A program made the position numbers and the translations under genes. A DNA stretch of 63,909 nt, counting the filler, from Octopus bimaculoides (taxonomy: Eukaryota): assembly GCF_001194135.2 (NCBI RefSeq). It is 9 parts of 7 records of this genome, joined end to end, with 100 filler letters (N's around TTAATTAATTAA, not from the genome) between each part and the next. Parts side by side here need not be neighbours in the genome. Positions count along the whole stretch, not along the records: positions 23,607 to 38,015 come from NC_068982.1; 8 more parts are not named here. One strand, given 5' to 3'. The notes under the pieces are model-generated. The model had not been told where the DNA came from, searched no databases, and saw only the letters and a program-made list of their open reading frames with translations. Positions 23,930 through 36,462 of this stretch are shown here, piece after piece (positions within the stretch are counted from its first letter, which is position 1; each line of letters opens with the position of its first letter).

Positions 23930-25499
23930 CGATGTAGAATAAAGCAAACTTTTGAGTTTACAATTACAATTACATCATGTCGCATCCCATTCGTTCCTGT
24001 GGTTAAACGTGCTAATGCATTTCTTGTTTAATGTATTAAACGTACTGGATTTGCGTACCTGTCTATGTTCCGACAATATCATAAATGTGTGACGAAATAT
24101 TTTGTGCATATGATGAGATTTCCAGAGTAGTCCATTTAGTTATCAAATCAAATATCCTTGGACAAGTTTGTCGATAAACTTTTATCCGGATTCTCAAAGA
24201 AATGAAAAGAATCGAATTTTTAATTCATTCTCAGTCAATACAATGTAATTCTTTGGCATATTACAATTGTCTAGTTGTACTTAATTGCAATAAAGTTAGG
24301 ATTTCGAAAGGCAATTACCGATGGGGAATAACTTTGCTTGGAGCAATATAGTTTTGATTAGATAAAGGAATTCTAATATTGTTAAGAGGACTTTTTGAAA
24401 TGAAATGTCAAACTGACCTAGCATGATTTTACTACATGAATAGTTAAACTCAATTGAATTTCTGTTCAAGATCTTATGATATCTATAATTTGTCGTGAAA
24501 TGAAAACCTGTTACGTTTAGGAAATCTTTGATGCCATTTGTTCTTACGTTTAAACTATAATTTAGATTATACCACAAAATCTTTCCATGCCCAATTTTAT
24601 ACTAGGAAATGTTAGATCAGGTTATGCATTTTATTTTACCTGAAAAGCTGCTATTGAATAGGATTTAATTATGATAATATAAAGCACTAACGAATCTGTC
24701 TTTAACAGAAGATACAGATTTATTAATATTAAGGATTACATTTCGTTATAATGAGAGAAAACGATAAAGTGGCACGAAACAATAAAAATAGAATTCTATA
24801 ATTTTGCTGCAAAAGTGTCATCTTCCTATAATTTAAATATGCTGGTGTTCAGTATTCGTGCTGAAAAGATCGGCAATAAATTCGCTTGCAAGATAGCAGT
24901 TTCCTATGTCGCTATTTTAAGCAACAAATCCACTGTGACTGAGCAGACATATTATCAAAGATGTCCAGACATTACTGTCTAATTTATGTATTTGTGTTTA
25001 GGTATTCATTGTATCTCTAGGGATATATTAATCAGAGTATATCTCCTTATTTAATAGGGGACGGTTTGGCAATTATTTCTAGTATGTCGAACAGCGACAT
25101 AAAGACTTTCACCGCTGTCTCATTGGCCCTATAACTGATATAACTTTAATTCGTTTCATCCTATAAATAGATACTTCTATCACGGTTCCTCACAACTTAT
25201 AGTAGTGTTGTCACTGCATTCTGGTTATTATAAATAATGCTCTCTAAGATAGCAATAACTGACACATTAATGGAGTTAATAAGTTACTGATGCGTTAACA
25301 CGGTTTTATTCTAATGCTTTACTGTACAACAGAATCTGTCTATCAAATTTCAACTAACACTGTAGATATAGATAGATGCAAACACTCTATCTTAATATGC
25401 AAAGAAATATTGTTTCACAATATAATCATAACCAGATAGGTGTCGAAGTATAATGTTAACTGCTTGAAAACTTTCATACTTCGTCGTTTTAATGTGTTT

Positions 25500-26260
25500 A
25501 TATAGAGCCCTGGTCAAAAGTTTGAATTTACTAGTTCACAAAGTTTTATACAGTAATTGATGTTGAGGAAAAGCAAATAATATATCTACTGATAAAATAA
25601 GCAGATAAACTAAGAATAATTTACAAAAATACAAATATCTGTGCTATATATTCTGTGCTCGGTTTGATACTCTTTTACCTCCAATACAGCGTCAATAGGA
25701 TCAGACAAGCATTCGGTCAAACTTTTGCAATAATGTCGCATTGTCTCCTGTGTCCTGATCTGCAGTATCTTCCGAAATTGATGAAGCATTATGAGCTTCG
25801 ATGTCCCGTTTCGTATCATGCTTTTCCACAGGGTTCCAATCGGGTAATGATCTTGCCATTTAACCAATAGAGTAACACCATTAGCTCTAAGCTAATTTCT
25901 CACAGTTTACAGATGGTGGGTGCACAATACACTTGAAATACAAAGCAATAATGGGTGATCATATGAGTGGGTGTCTTCCTCATACTACCCATGGTTAGCT
26001 AATACATTATGCAATTACCAGCTCCTCCAGCCATATCATAATCGATGGATACTGCTTAATCCTTGAAAGTGTATACATAGAATCGGAACTTGAGATTTAA
26101 AGATGACGAACGAAAGGAGCATTAGCTGTAAATTGCTTAATAGAAGTTTTGTATTTACCTTCGATTTACGTCCTTTCTCCTTCGTTCAAATTTTATGATC
26201 CCTGTAAAATTGTAGACGATCCTCGATGCTCTATTTATTTATTTATTTATTTATATATTC

Positions 26261-26294
<34 letters not shown>

Positions 26295-26640
26295 TTAATT
26301 ATTTATTTCCATGATAGTCTTTTTGTTCTTTTACTGCTGAACGTATTGCAACACGATGTAAGTCTTACAATAACTGATTTCTCATTTTCTTAGTGCTGCA
26401 TTTTATTGTTACTGGCGACTGTGTTTGTATGGCACTGCTTGATGTAAGTCTGACTGTAACACAAAGACGACAAAGCATGAGGTCTTTGTCATTGACCAAA
26501 TGGTTTTTATCCATCTGTCGGACGAAATTGCGACAAACCATTTTGAACAAGGAAACATTTAGCTGAGTTGATATATTCCTGAAAATAAGTCCATGGCTGT
26601 GTAAAGCTTCAATCTGAATTCTTTTCACTGATGACAGTCC
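25500..26640 (-). mobile_element. Decayed Tc1/mariner transposon
   Basis: HTH-like IEALHSHGLIFRNISTQLNVS, C-terminal YPIGTLWKS...SDPIDAVLEVKEYQTEH (cf. NPIENLW...RIEAVIKAKGGHTKY), and a TIR-like TA-TAGAGCCCTGGTCAAAAGTTT at 25499. Confidence 0.6.
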
Positions 26641-26658
26641 AATTAGTTTAGAAAATAT

Positions 26659-26945
26659 TGATGTACATTACAGTGTTGTGAACGCAAAATAGTTGACGAA
26701 ATTAGGGAATATGACATCATTCTTATACAACAAATAATAAACATAATATTAATTAATTAATTAATTAACTTAGTTGGTAATTACTTTCTGTTTTTACTGA
26801 TGTAGATTACAGTGTTGCGAACGCGAAATAGTGGACGAAATTATCGAACATAACTTTATTCATATAAAACAGAAAATATTTATAATATTAATTAATTAAT
26901 TAACTTTGTTTCTTGCAAATAATTAGTTAATAATTACTTTGTGTT
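26659..26945. repeat. ~140-bp tandem duplication
   Basis: tgatgta(c/g)attacagtgttg...aattacttt occurs twice in succession. Confidence 0.8.
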
Positions 26946-27072
26946 TAACCACATGGTCCCGGGTTCAGTCTCACTGTGTGGCACCTTGGGTAAGTGTCTT
27001 CTACTATAGCTTCGGGCCGACCAAAGCCTTGTGAGGGCATTTGGTAGACGGAAACTGAAAGAAACCCGTCGA

Positions 27073-27107
<35 letters not shown>

Positions 27108-27311
27108 TGTCTGTGTTTGTCACCTCACCATCGCTTGACAACCGATGTTGGCGCGTTTACATCCCCTTAACTTATCAGTTCACAAAAAAAAAACCAATAG
27201 AATAAGTACTAGGCTCACGTAGGGTAAATCCTGGGGTCGATCTCTTCGACTAAAGGCGGTGCTCCTGCATGGCCGCAGTCAAATGACTGAAACAAATAAA
27301 AGAATAAAAGA
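26946..27311 (+). mobile_element. SINE S1, near full length
   Basis: Matches the 12660 copy. Confidence 0.9.
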
Positions 27312-27637
27312 ATAACAGAATATCTTTATAGTCGCACTTTTGGCCAAGACTGTAGATATAAATTATCATTCTTCCAAGTAATTTATTGCAGCAAAACTAC
27401 CATGAGTACTTTATAGGCCATATATACCGCTTATTGTTTACATATGCATCGAATTACATCAATATACGGTAATGAAATTTGTTTGAACGATCTACTTGAT
27501 GTTCCAAATATCTTCTAAACATTTTGTATAAGATTTCAAGAAACATAATCCGAAAGATAGATAATAGGAGTTATCTCCCTTGCATTATTCTGTTATTTAT
27601 CATTGCTATATTGGTAATGAAATATTTAAGCAGTTTC

Positions 27638-27871
27638 TTATTTCTTTACTGCCCACAAGGGGCTACACACAGAGGGGACAAACAAAGACAGACAAACGGA
27701 TTAAGTCAATTATATCGACCCCAGTGCGTTACTGGTACTTATTTCATCGACCCCGAAAGGATGAAAGGCAAAGTCGACCTCGGCAGAATTTGAACTCAGA
27801 TGGTAGCGGCAGAGGAAATACCGCTAAGCATTTCGTCCGGCGTGCTAACGTTTCTGCCAGCTCACCGCCTT
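27638..27871 (-). mobile_element. tRNA-derived SINE family S2 (Meta-domain-like core), full length with 20-bp TSD
   Basis: Core GCCTTTCATCCTTTCGGGGTCGAT on the minus strand; TGAAATATTTAAGCAGTTTC at 27618-27637 and 27872-27891. Confidence 0.9.
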
Positions 27872-28199
27872 TGAAATATTTAAGCAGTTTCGAGGTCAAT
27901 AAATTAAGTACCGGTTGCACACTTATCGACTAGATCCCTCTACCAAAATTTCGGGCCTTGTGCCGAGAGTAGAAAAGAATACTTAAGCAGTTTATACTCA
28001 TAAGTAAATGTTAAAATTAAAATAAGTAAGCGTGTGTTTATGAGTGTTTATGTTCAATTTCATTTGTTTCTGTTTAATTATAACTGTACGTAACGAAGAA
28101 TGTATTAATCTTGCTGTACGTGTGAGAAGTTAGCTGCTGGGTTGAGAGCCAACGATGTGTTGATTCAAATACGAACTCATTAAGCTGGGGGAGAAGTAT

Positions 28200-28400
28200 T
28201 ATTGGTTTCAAAGTTTAGCACAATGCTAGCAGCTTCGGGGCAGAGGTTAAGTAGATTACTTATCAACTGGTACTTATTATATCGACCTCGAAAGGATGAA
28301 AAGCGAAGTCAAACTCGGCAGCATTCCAGCTCAGAACGTGAAGGCGGACGAAATGCCGCCAGACATTTTGCTCGGCTTGTTAACAATTCTGCCCACTAGC
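28200..28400 (-). mobile_element. SINE S2 diverged copy with a different 3' tail
   Basis: Shares head and core with the 27638 copy. Confidence 0.8.
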
Positions 28401-29599
28401 AACCCTGGGACGAATTATTATTAACAGAAAAACATTGGAAAAGTTATGTAAAAGAGGAAACTCTAATTGATATTTAAGTAACGTTGCAAGAGATTTTTTT
28501 CAATGAACCAGCTCTNNNNNNNNNNNNNNNNNNNNNNNNNNNNNNNNNNNNNNNNNNNNNNNNNNNNNNNNNNNNNNNNNNNNNNNNNNNNNNNNNNNNN
28601 NNNNNNNNNNNNNNNNNNNNNNNNNNNNNNNNNNNNNNNNNNNNNNNNNNNNNNNNNNNNNNNNNNNNNNNNNNNNNNNNNNNNNNNNNNNNNNNNNNNN
28701 NNNNNNNNNNNNNNNNNNNNNNNNNNNNNNNNNNNNNNNNNNNNNNNNNNNNNNNNNNNNNNNNNNNNNNNNNNNNNNNNNNNNNNNNNNNNNNNNNNNN
28801 NNNNNNNNNNNNNNNNNNNNNNNNNNNNNNNNNNNNNNNNNNNNNNNNNNNNNNNNNNNNNNNNNNNNNNNNNNNNNNNNNNNNNNNNNNNNNNNNNNNN
28901 NNNNNNNNNNNNNNNNNNNNNNNNNNNNNNNNNNNNNNNNNNNNNNNNNNNNNNNNNNNNNNNNNNNNNNNNNNNNNNNNNNNNNNNNNNNNNNNNNNNN
29001 NNNNNNNNNNNNNNNNNNNNNNNNNNNNNNNNNNNNNNNNNNNNNNNNNNNNNNNNNNNNNNNNNNNNNNNNNNNNNNNNNNNNNNNNNNNNNNNNNNNN
29101 NNNNNNNNNNNNNNNNNNNNNNNNNNNNNNNNNNNNNNNNNNNNNNNNNNNNNNNNNNNNNNNNNNNNNNNNNNNNNNNNNNNNNNNNNNNNNNNNNNNN
29201 NNNNNNNNNNNNNNNNNNNNNNNNNNNNNNNNNNNNNNNNNNNNNNNNNNNNNNNNNNNNNNNNNNNNNNNNNNNNNNNNNNNNNNNNNNNNNNNNNNNN
29301 NNNNNNNNNNNNNNNNNNNNNNNNNNNNNNNNNNNNNNNNNNNNNNNNNNNNNNNNNNNNNNNNNNNNNNNNNNNNNNNNNNNNNNNNNNNNNNNNNNNN
29401 NNNNNNNNNNNNNNNNNNNNNNNNNNNNNNNNNNNNNNNNNNNNNNNNNNNNNNNNNNNNNNNNNNNNNNNNNNNNNNNCGCTAGCTGCTGCTGCTGTTG
29501 TGTGGTACACGGAACAGTTCTCAAAGAGAAACTGGACCGAGACAAATTTGGTTGCCGAGTTAAAGCTATTTATAACAAACTATAGGCTCCCGATGGCTT

Positions 29600-29810
29600 C
29601 AGAATTTTACTCTATCGCGTGACCTTATTAGGGGCCGTGATTGGTCAGTTTGCGTTCTGGCGGGAAAGGTTCGAAGAAGTTGCCGATTCGAATAATAATC
29701 AGTCACGTGATAAGGAATGGGTTCTCTACTACGCTCGCATTTATTTATATTTAAATGAGAAGATTGTATGTAATGGCGATAGTAGTTTGTATCTAATGGC
29801 GGGAGGTAGT
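29600..29810 (+). promoter_or_regulatory. CpG-rich promoter-like cluster
   Basis: ATTGG (inverted CCAAT) 29640-44, E2F-type GGCGGGAAA 29659-67, E-box TCACGTGA 29703-10, ATGGCG (YY1-like) at 29773 and 29796; donor GTGAGT at 29898. Confidence 0.55.
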
Positions 29811-30132
29811 TTCACTATATATATATATATATATATATCCGTTCATCTCCCGGGGATTTCATATTCAACGTTATAAATAAATGCTAGTGATCGACCTGTG
29901 AGTTTATCATCATTGTGTACACGACGAAGCGGATCATTTATAGTCTAACTTCTACTTTCATTTCTGATGTCATTTATGAGAGGCAACTTTCAGATATGTT
30001 TCTACAGCATAACTTTCTACCCACCCGCCTCTCTTCTCTCCCTCTTTTTCTATCTCTCGCCTTATATGTATAATGTGTATATGTACAAACAAATACACAT
30101 ACACGCACATAGACACACATCAAAATCAAAAT

Positions 30133-30382
30133 CAAATGCGCCCTTTTAAAGCCTAGCCAGGCTCATGGGCCCGGTTTCCAGGTTTCAATGGCGTACGTGT
30201 TCCCCCGGTGGACGGAACGCCAGTCTATCGCAGCATTACTCCTTTTTGCCAGCTGAGCGGACTGGAGCAACGTGAAATGAAGTGTTTTGCTCAAGAACAC
30301 AACGCGTCACCTGGTCCAGGAATCGAAACCACAATCTTACGATCTTGATGCTGATACCCTAACCACTTGGCCACGCGCCTCC
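30133..30382 (-). mobile_element. tRNA-derived SINE family S4
   Basis: A-box TGGCCAAGTGG, B-box GGTTTCGATTCC, (TTTGA)n-type tail. Confidence 0.85.
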
Positions 30383-30387
30383 ACACA

Positions 30388-30429
<42 letters not shown>

Positions 30430-30467
30430 TATATATACACGCACGCGCACGCACATACCCAGACACG

Positions 30468-30499
<32 letters not shown>

Positions 30500-30519
30500 C
30501 ATACATACATACATACATA

Positions 30520-33480
30520 CAAAACCAGAAGATGTGTGGCCAGAACCTCCTGCAAAGAAACCATAGCGTAGATCATTCCACAGGTGAGTCGGAATAGCTG
30601 GGAAAAGAGAATGGCATGAAGAAGCCAAAGATTAAGTAGCCGAAGGCAAATGATGCAGGTAATCTTAAGAAATTCGACCACCAAATTCGAAGATGACGAT
30701 GAACAAAAGCTCGAGAACTTGGCTAACATAATCTATCGGGAAGGAGAGAAAAGATTTGGACCTGAAGCAACGGGGAATGGAAAATCATCGGGAAAAGGCG
30801 GACCATCGAGGAGAGAAGGACGGATCACAAAGTTACGAGAAGAGAAGAAAATACTAAGAACCAGATGGAGGGATGCAAAGGAGGGAGAAAGAGAAGGGTT
30901 AAAACAACTATATGAAGAGATAAAAAAAAGAGGCATCGAGACCAACTAAAGAAGGAAAGAAGGAAGAACAGAAGAAAGGAGGGAGAAAAGAACTATCGTA
31001 GTTTTGTAAACAATCCATATCAATATGCTAAACGTTTGCTTACTGAAAGTAAGAGCGGAAGATGAGATTGTACTAAAGAAGAGCTCGAACACCATCTTAA
31101 AGAGACAAACAGCGACGCTGATAGGAACAAAGTATTACCAGAAATGCTCGGGCTGAAGAAACCACCTGAGCCAAGAGTACCATTCGATTTGAGTGACATC
31201 AGACGGAAAGAAATGGATAAGTTCATTAGACAAGCAAGAGCATAAAGTTCACCAGGGAACGATGGAGTTAGCTACAAGGTTTGTAAGTATTGCCCGAGAT
31301 TGCGTTTACGACTATTTGCATTGATAAAAGAAATGTGGAAGAAGAAAGACGTAGCAGAGCGATAGTATATAACTGAAGGTATCTATTTGCCTAAAGAGAG
31401 GTAGGCAAAAAAATTGGGGCATTTCAGACCCATTTCACTGCTAAATACCGATGGGAAGATCATGTTTGGAATTATTGCCAGTAGAATCATAGGATTCGTA
31501 CAGTATAACGATATGTTAAAGAAGTAATCCAGAAGGCATAGAACATGCATTTGCCATCTGGAAAGCTATCAACAGTGCAAAACAACTGAAGAAAAACCTG
31601 TACATTATATGGCTAGATCACGCCATTACATGTGGATCTGTTCCACACGCACTAATTCAAGCAGCTATGGATTTCTTTTGGATTCCTGGATTCCAGATGT
31701 TCAACGAATGCTGGTGTGTTACTACGACAAATTGGGGATGAGATTTACAGCAGGAAAATTCACAATGGGGTGGCAACGGCTAGAAGTAAGTATTGCAGCT
31801 GGATGCACGATATCACTCATCATATTTGTGCTAATCATGGAGATGTTACTAAGATCAACAAACTCTGAGAAAGCTGTTACAAAGACACTATTAAGGGCTT
31901 TTATGGATGACATTACAGTATTATCAGAGAGTAGAGAAGCAGCAGATGGAACGTTAGAGCGGTTGGACGATAGTGTATAGCTGAAGGTGGGGACTAGAGG
32001 CTTCGTTGAAATGAAAATGGCGATGTTATTTAAAAGGCTTGCATTTTCGAGCTCAGAGCTAAGAAAAGTAGTAAGGAGGATACAGGAGGCAATCGACAAA
32101 GCCAGCTTCTATATATGGCTAAAGCGAGAAGACCCTAAATGGGCGAGAAAGAAATTCAAACCAAGAAATCTCGAAGTGTGGCATTCGTGAAAGGAGTCAT
32201 AACAGAAATGAAGTTCAAGATAGGGGATGAAGATATACCAACGGTGAAAGAACAACCAGTAAAATGTCTCGGCAAATGGTACAGAGATTTATTAAATGAT
32301 AAGAAGTAAAGCAAAGAAACACACGATTTAGTGAAACAAGGGACTAAAGGCAATTGACAGAACAACATTACAAGGGAAGTTCAAATGCTGGATACTGAAA
32401 TTTGGACTGTACTCAAGGATAATGAAGCCATTGCAAATGTTTGAAATAGCCTCGACTAGAGTAGAAAGGATGGAACAAAGATGCGGTGTGTTTATCAGAA
32501 AATGTCTTGGTCTTCCAAAACCACTGAATACAACTGCATTATATGGAAAGCCTGTTCTGCAACTACCGATAACATCAATCGTCGAAGAGTATAAGGCGGG
32601 AAAGGCGAGGACAGTAATGATGCTAAAGTATTCGAGAGATCAGAACATCCAAGAAAACCCCACAAAGGTATGAACAGGGAGGAAATGGAAAGCGGAAGAA
32701 GCAGTAACCAACGCGATCAGAAAGCTAAGGCATGCCGATATAGTCGGAACGATGCAAGAAACAAGAGCCGGTCTTTGGTTGTAAAATTTCAAAGCATTTC
32801 GCATGAGCAGTGTAAAAGTGATGAAAGAGGCAGTGCTACATGAAGTGGGAAAGGTGAAATGTACACTTGGTGCAATGTAATCAACAGGGACGGTGCCTGA
32901 GATAGGGGAGAGTATCCAGAGGAAAAGCGCAAAATGATATACTTCCAGAAGGAGGAAAAAGGACATAAGACCAGGCCTTCAGAAAAAGTATACGAGACAG
33001 ACAAAAGATGGAAGGGATACTGGGAGCTGGCCGCGAATTTGGAAAGACTTAATATTTCCACTCATAAAACAAGAAAATGACCGGACTTAATCCTATGGAA
33101 CACAGAACGAAAAATTGGAATTTTGCTAGAGCTGACAGTGCCATGGGGTGAGAACATCGCTAATGCAGAGCAACGGAAGCAGAGGAAGTATGAGAGATTA
33201 ATCGAAGAGTGCGGGGAACAGGGGTGGATTGTCGAGTATTACCACCTGGCAGTGGGGACAAGAGACTTCGTTGAAAGGAAAACCAAAGAACAAAAGCCAA
33301 AGAAAAAATATTAAAAAAAACCCACTCAATACCAGAGTTGAAAACATCTCCAAAAGGTGGGGTGGGGTCCCGCCACGTTGAAATTCGTAGAAGAGTAGGG
33401 GCTGAAACCGAACGTGGTTCCTCCTGATGAAATCCTTAACCACTGGATCAAATCGGCTGTTGAGATAACGAATTACGGAA
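30520..33480 (+). mobile_element. HERO-like (R2-group, RLE-type) non-LTR retrotransposon, ~3 kb, pseudogenised
   Basis: SSPGNDGVSYKV, FRPISLLNTDGKI, IAAGCTIS, RAFMDD, EEYKAGKAR, LELTVPWGEN, KQRKYERLIEEC and VGTRGF motifs, with many stops. Confidence 0.85.
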
Positions 33481-34174
33481 CGTGGTTGAAACTTCTTAGG
33501 CAAAGGTAAGTAATTCTGTAATATAACTTACAGAGTTATGTCCCATTTCTAAAATACCTTTTATTTTATTATAATTTGCACAATAATTTTTATCGTTGCT
33601 TTAATAGTCATCGTAGTTAAATATTTTAGATAATGATAATAGTAATTACTCAGTACCAAAAGGATTTTTTCTTACATCAGAATTTCAATAGATTCGTTTT
33701 TAATATGTGGTTCGTTTTCCATTGCTGTATGATGTTTCTTTTGTTTCAATGACATAACTATGGAAGGGTGGAAATAACTTGCAAAAAAAAAAACACTAGA
33801 AAAAAGTAACGAAAATATTTGTCTTTAATTTATTTATTTTTAAATAAAATTCCTTCTTCCTGAGTTTTTAGTCGGTTTTAATAATCGTGTATAAAGTTTA
33901 GCAATTTTGTAAGCTTGATTGTCATTGGATCTTTAACAGTCATGTTGTATAAAACGCATTTCTATTGGCTAAAATTGAAAACAGTGGCAAAATGGATACT
34001 TTTTGAATGAGTCCGATAGTTTTGACCAAGACTAAAATAATTACCAAATAAGATCCAGTAATTAACATCTCGTTTATAAATCTTTGATTAGATTTTGCTT
34101 AATTTATGTTTCTGTCCTTAAGGTTCGTTTTACACCATTAAGTCTGCTAATTATACCATTTTCATTTCATTTTT

Positions 34175-34935
34175 TGTACGTAATGTCAACAATCTTTTAT
34201 TAAATAACAACTTCAAAAAGTTTTAACTTGTGTCTCTTAGTAATGTTAAATCATATTTAAATCAATTCTGTGCTATTTGTTTTGGAATTATGTTCACTAA
34301 TTTCCACTTTCTCATATCTAAATTGTCAAAATACCATGTGAGGGATATAAACTTTACAAGTTTCCCAAACAATCTAGGGGCTTTTCTTTCTAAGTGGACC
34401 ATGGATATTTTTAGTTCGCTTACTAAATGGGAATATTTATCACGCCGAACTTTATTGTTTCGATGGTGAAAAAGAAAACAACTGGCACATGTTAATAATA
34501 AATAGTCAAAATAAAAATACATACTCCACCAAATCACTATTGTCAAAGTCTGTGTGGTAACACCAGCTGCTTAAAATAGCTGCCAAATTTCTTTAAATTT
34601 CCTACAATGTTAAAATAACGGACGATTTTATTTAATCCCAAGTAAACTTTACTTGAAAAGAGATGGGATAATCACTACCTGAATACTGTTAATCATATTT
34701 CTTTGCTTGAGTCGAAACTATAAAGCTTGTTTCATATATCGTTTGCATTCCATTATTTGTACGTAATGTCAATAATGTTTATTATATGACAGCTTCAAGA
34801 AATTCTTACGTGGATTTCTTATTAATGTTAAACCATGCTTAAATCAAATCTACGGTATTTATGTTGGAATTATGTTCTCTTATTTCCACTTTTTCCTATC
34901 TAAATGTGATAACGAAATCGTCAAAATACCATGTT
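34175..34935. repeat. Diverged ~170-bp direct repeat (34175-34340 vs 34757-34935)
   Basis: Both copies run ttgtacgtaatgtcaa...ggaattatgttc...gtcaaaataccatgt. Confidence 0.75.
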
Positions 34936-34970
34936 TAACTTGATCATCTCATCGATCACTACTCTTTCAG

Positions 34971-34988
34971 ATGGTGTTGGCCTGAAGC
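34971..34988 (+). CDS. Candidate 18-nt micro-exon (phase 1-1, DGVGLK)
   Basis: actactctttcag acceptor and gtatcc donor (weak); frame-compatible with the downstream exons. Confidence 0.25.
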
Positions 34989-35079
34989 GTATCCATAACT
35001 ACGTTATCCATTGTTTTCATTTTTAAGATAGTAGACTGATTTGGCTTTTTTTTTAAAAAAGTTTGAATATTTGTAACAG

Positions 35080-35106
35080 TGGATTCCGCAGAAGAGTGGT
35101 CCTCAG
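35080..35106 (+). CDS. Candidate 27-nt micro-exon (phase 1-1, DSAEEWSS)
   Basis: tatttgtaacag acceptor and CAG/gtagac donor; joins in frame to the 36463 exon. Confidence 0.35.
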
Positions 35107-35594
35107 GTAGACACCACAACCACACACACTCACAGAAGTAAAAAAAAAAAAAAAAAACCCTGCTCTCTCTCTTTCTCAGTGAGATAAAATATATTTTACA
35201 TCCATATAAAACTTCTTGCCAAAGTGTTTAATGAGTTAAAAAAAAAGTTGGAAACCACTTTAATTTTATTAAAAATAGCAATTCATATGTCAAGCTGAGA
35301 GTTCTCTTTACTGCTTTAACCACATGCACACACACACACACACATATCATTTAATGTCCCTTTTTTGATGCTCGCGTGAATGAAACCAAATTTTTTGTGG
35401 CACTTTCTCTACAGCTGACCACTTTTCTTGTTGCCAACCCTCACCTGTTTCCAAGGAAGGTGATATTTTCCCAGGACTAGGCATGTTTTCATGAAGATAA
35501 ACAGCACCTTTTCTATGACTGATGCTTGTTTACAGCCATCACATGATGTTAAAACAAGGATACTCACAAACACACACTTTCATCTATATTTATG

Positions 35595-35738
35595 TATATA
35601 CGATGGCTTCTTTCAGTTTCTTAGTACCAAATCTTCTCACAAGGTTAGGTTGGCCTCAGGCAATAATAGAAAACACTTGCCCAAGGTGCTGTGCAGTAGG
35701 ACTAAACCTTACAACACAAACTTCTTAACCACATAGCC
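35595..35738 (-). mobile_element. SINE S1, diverged
   Basis: Reverse-complement match to the S1 5' half. Confidence 0.7.
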
Positions 35739-35810
35739 ACGTTTTCTTTGTTTTTCAATGTTTCTGAATGTGTAGTGTGCTTATTCATAGGAACATTATT
35801 CCATTATACA

Positions 35811-36397
35811 AAAGAAGACCTGGGATGGAGTGGTGAAGCACGACCTTTGAATGTTGGGCCTCACAGTTGCAATAATAAGTGACTGAGATCTTTGGTGATA
35901 TGCTGTGCTTGAGAAGACCCGGCAAGCCAAGTGAGACCGTAGCCGTGGCCTATGCCAGTGTTGCATAACCAGCCCATTTAAGAGTACCATTCAATTATTG
36001 GGCAATATACTGTGCTTGAGAAAACCTGTTGAGTTAAAAAAAATCATTGTCATGGTCAATGCCAGTACCGCTTGACTGGCACGTGTGCCAGTGGCATGTA
36101 AAGAGCATCATTTGAGCATGGTCAATGCCTGTCCCACCGGACTGGCTCCTGTGCCGGTGGCATGTAAAAAGCACCATTCAAGCGTGGTCGAAGCCAGTAC
36201 TGCCTGACTGGCCCCCGTGCCGGTGACATGTAAAAAGCAACCACTACTCTCAAAGTGGTTGATGTTAGTAAAGGGCATCCAGCGATAGAAACTTTGCCAG
36301 ATCAGATTGGTGTCTGGTGCAGCCTCCTGGCTTGCCAGTCCTCAGTCAAACCGTCCAGCCTATGTCAGCGTGGAAAGCAGAGGTCAAAAGATGATGA
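35811..36397 (+). mobile_element. RTE LINE 3' end with a ~67-bp x3 internal repeat in the 3'UTR
   Basis: KTWDGVVKHDL*MLGLT...DLW*YAVLEKTRQAK*; tandem units at ~36049-36245; GATGATGA tail. Confidence 0.8.
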
Positions 36398-36462
36398 AAA
36401 GGAAAGAGTGTATTCTGTTTCTTTTATTTTATTCTCTTTTGTATTTCTCACATTTACTTCAG

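Noticed and set aside
28463-29585. Long ORFs (330-360 aa) and other X-rich ORFs in the track
   Set aside because: They read through N gaps.
33395-33445. GAAAC...CUGAUGA in the HERO 3'UTR as a type II hammerhead
   Set aside because: Only 15 nt separate the motifs, so stems III and I cannot both form, and stem II pairing is poor.
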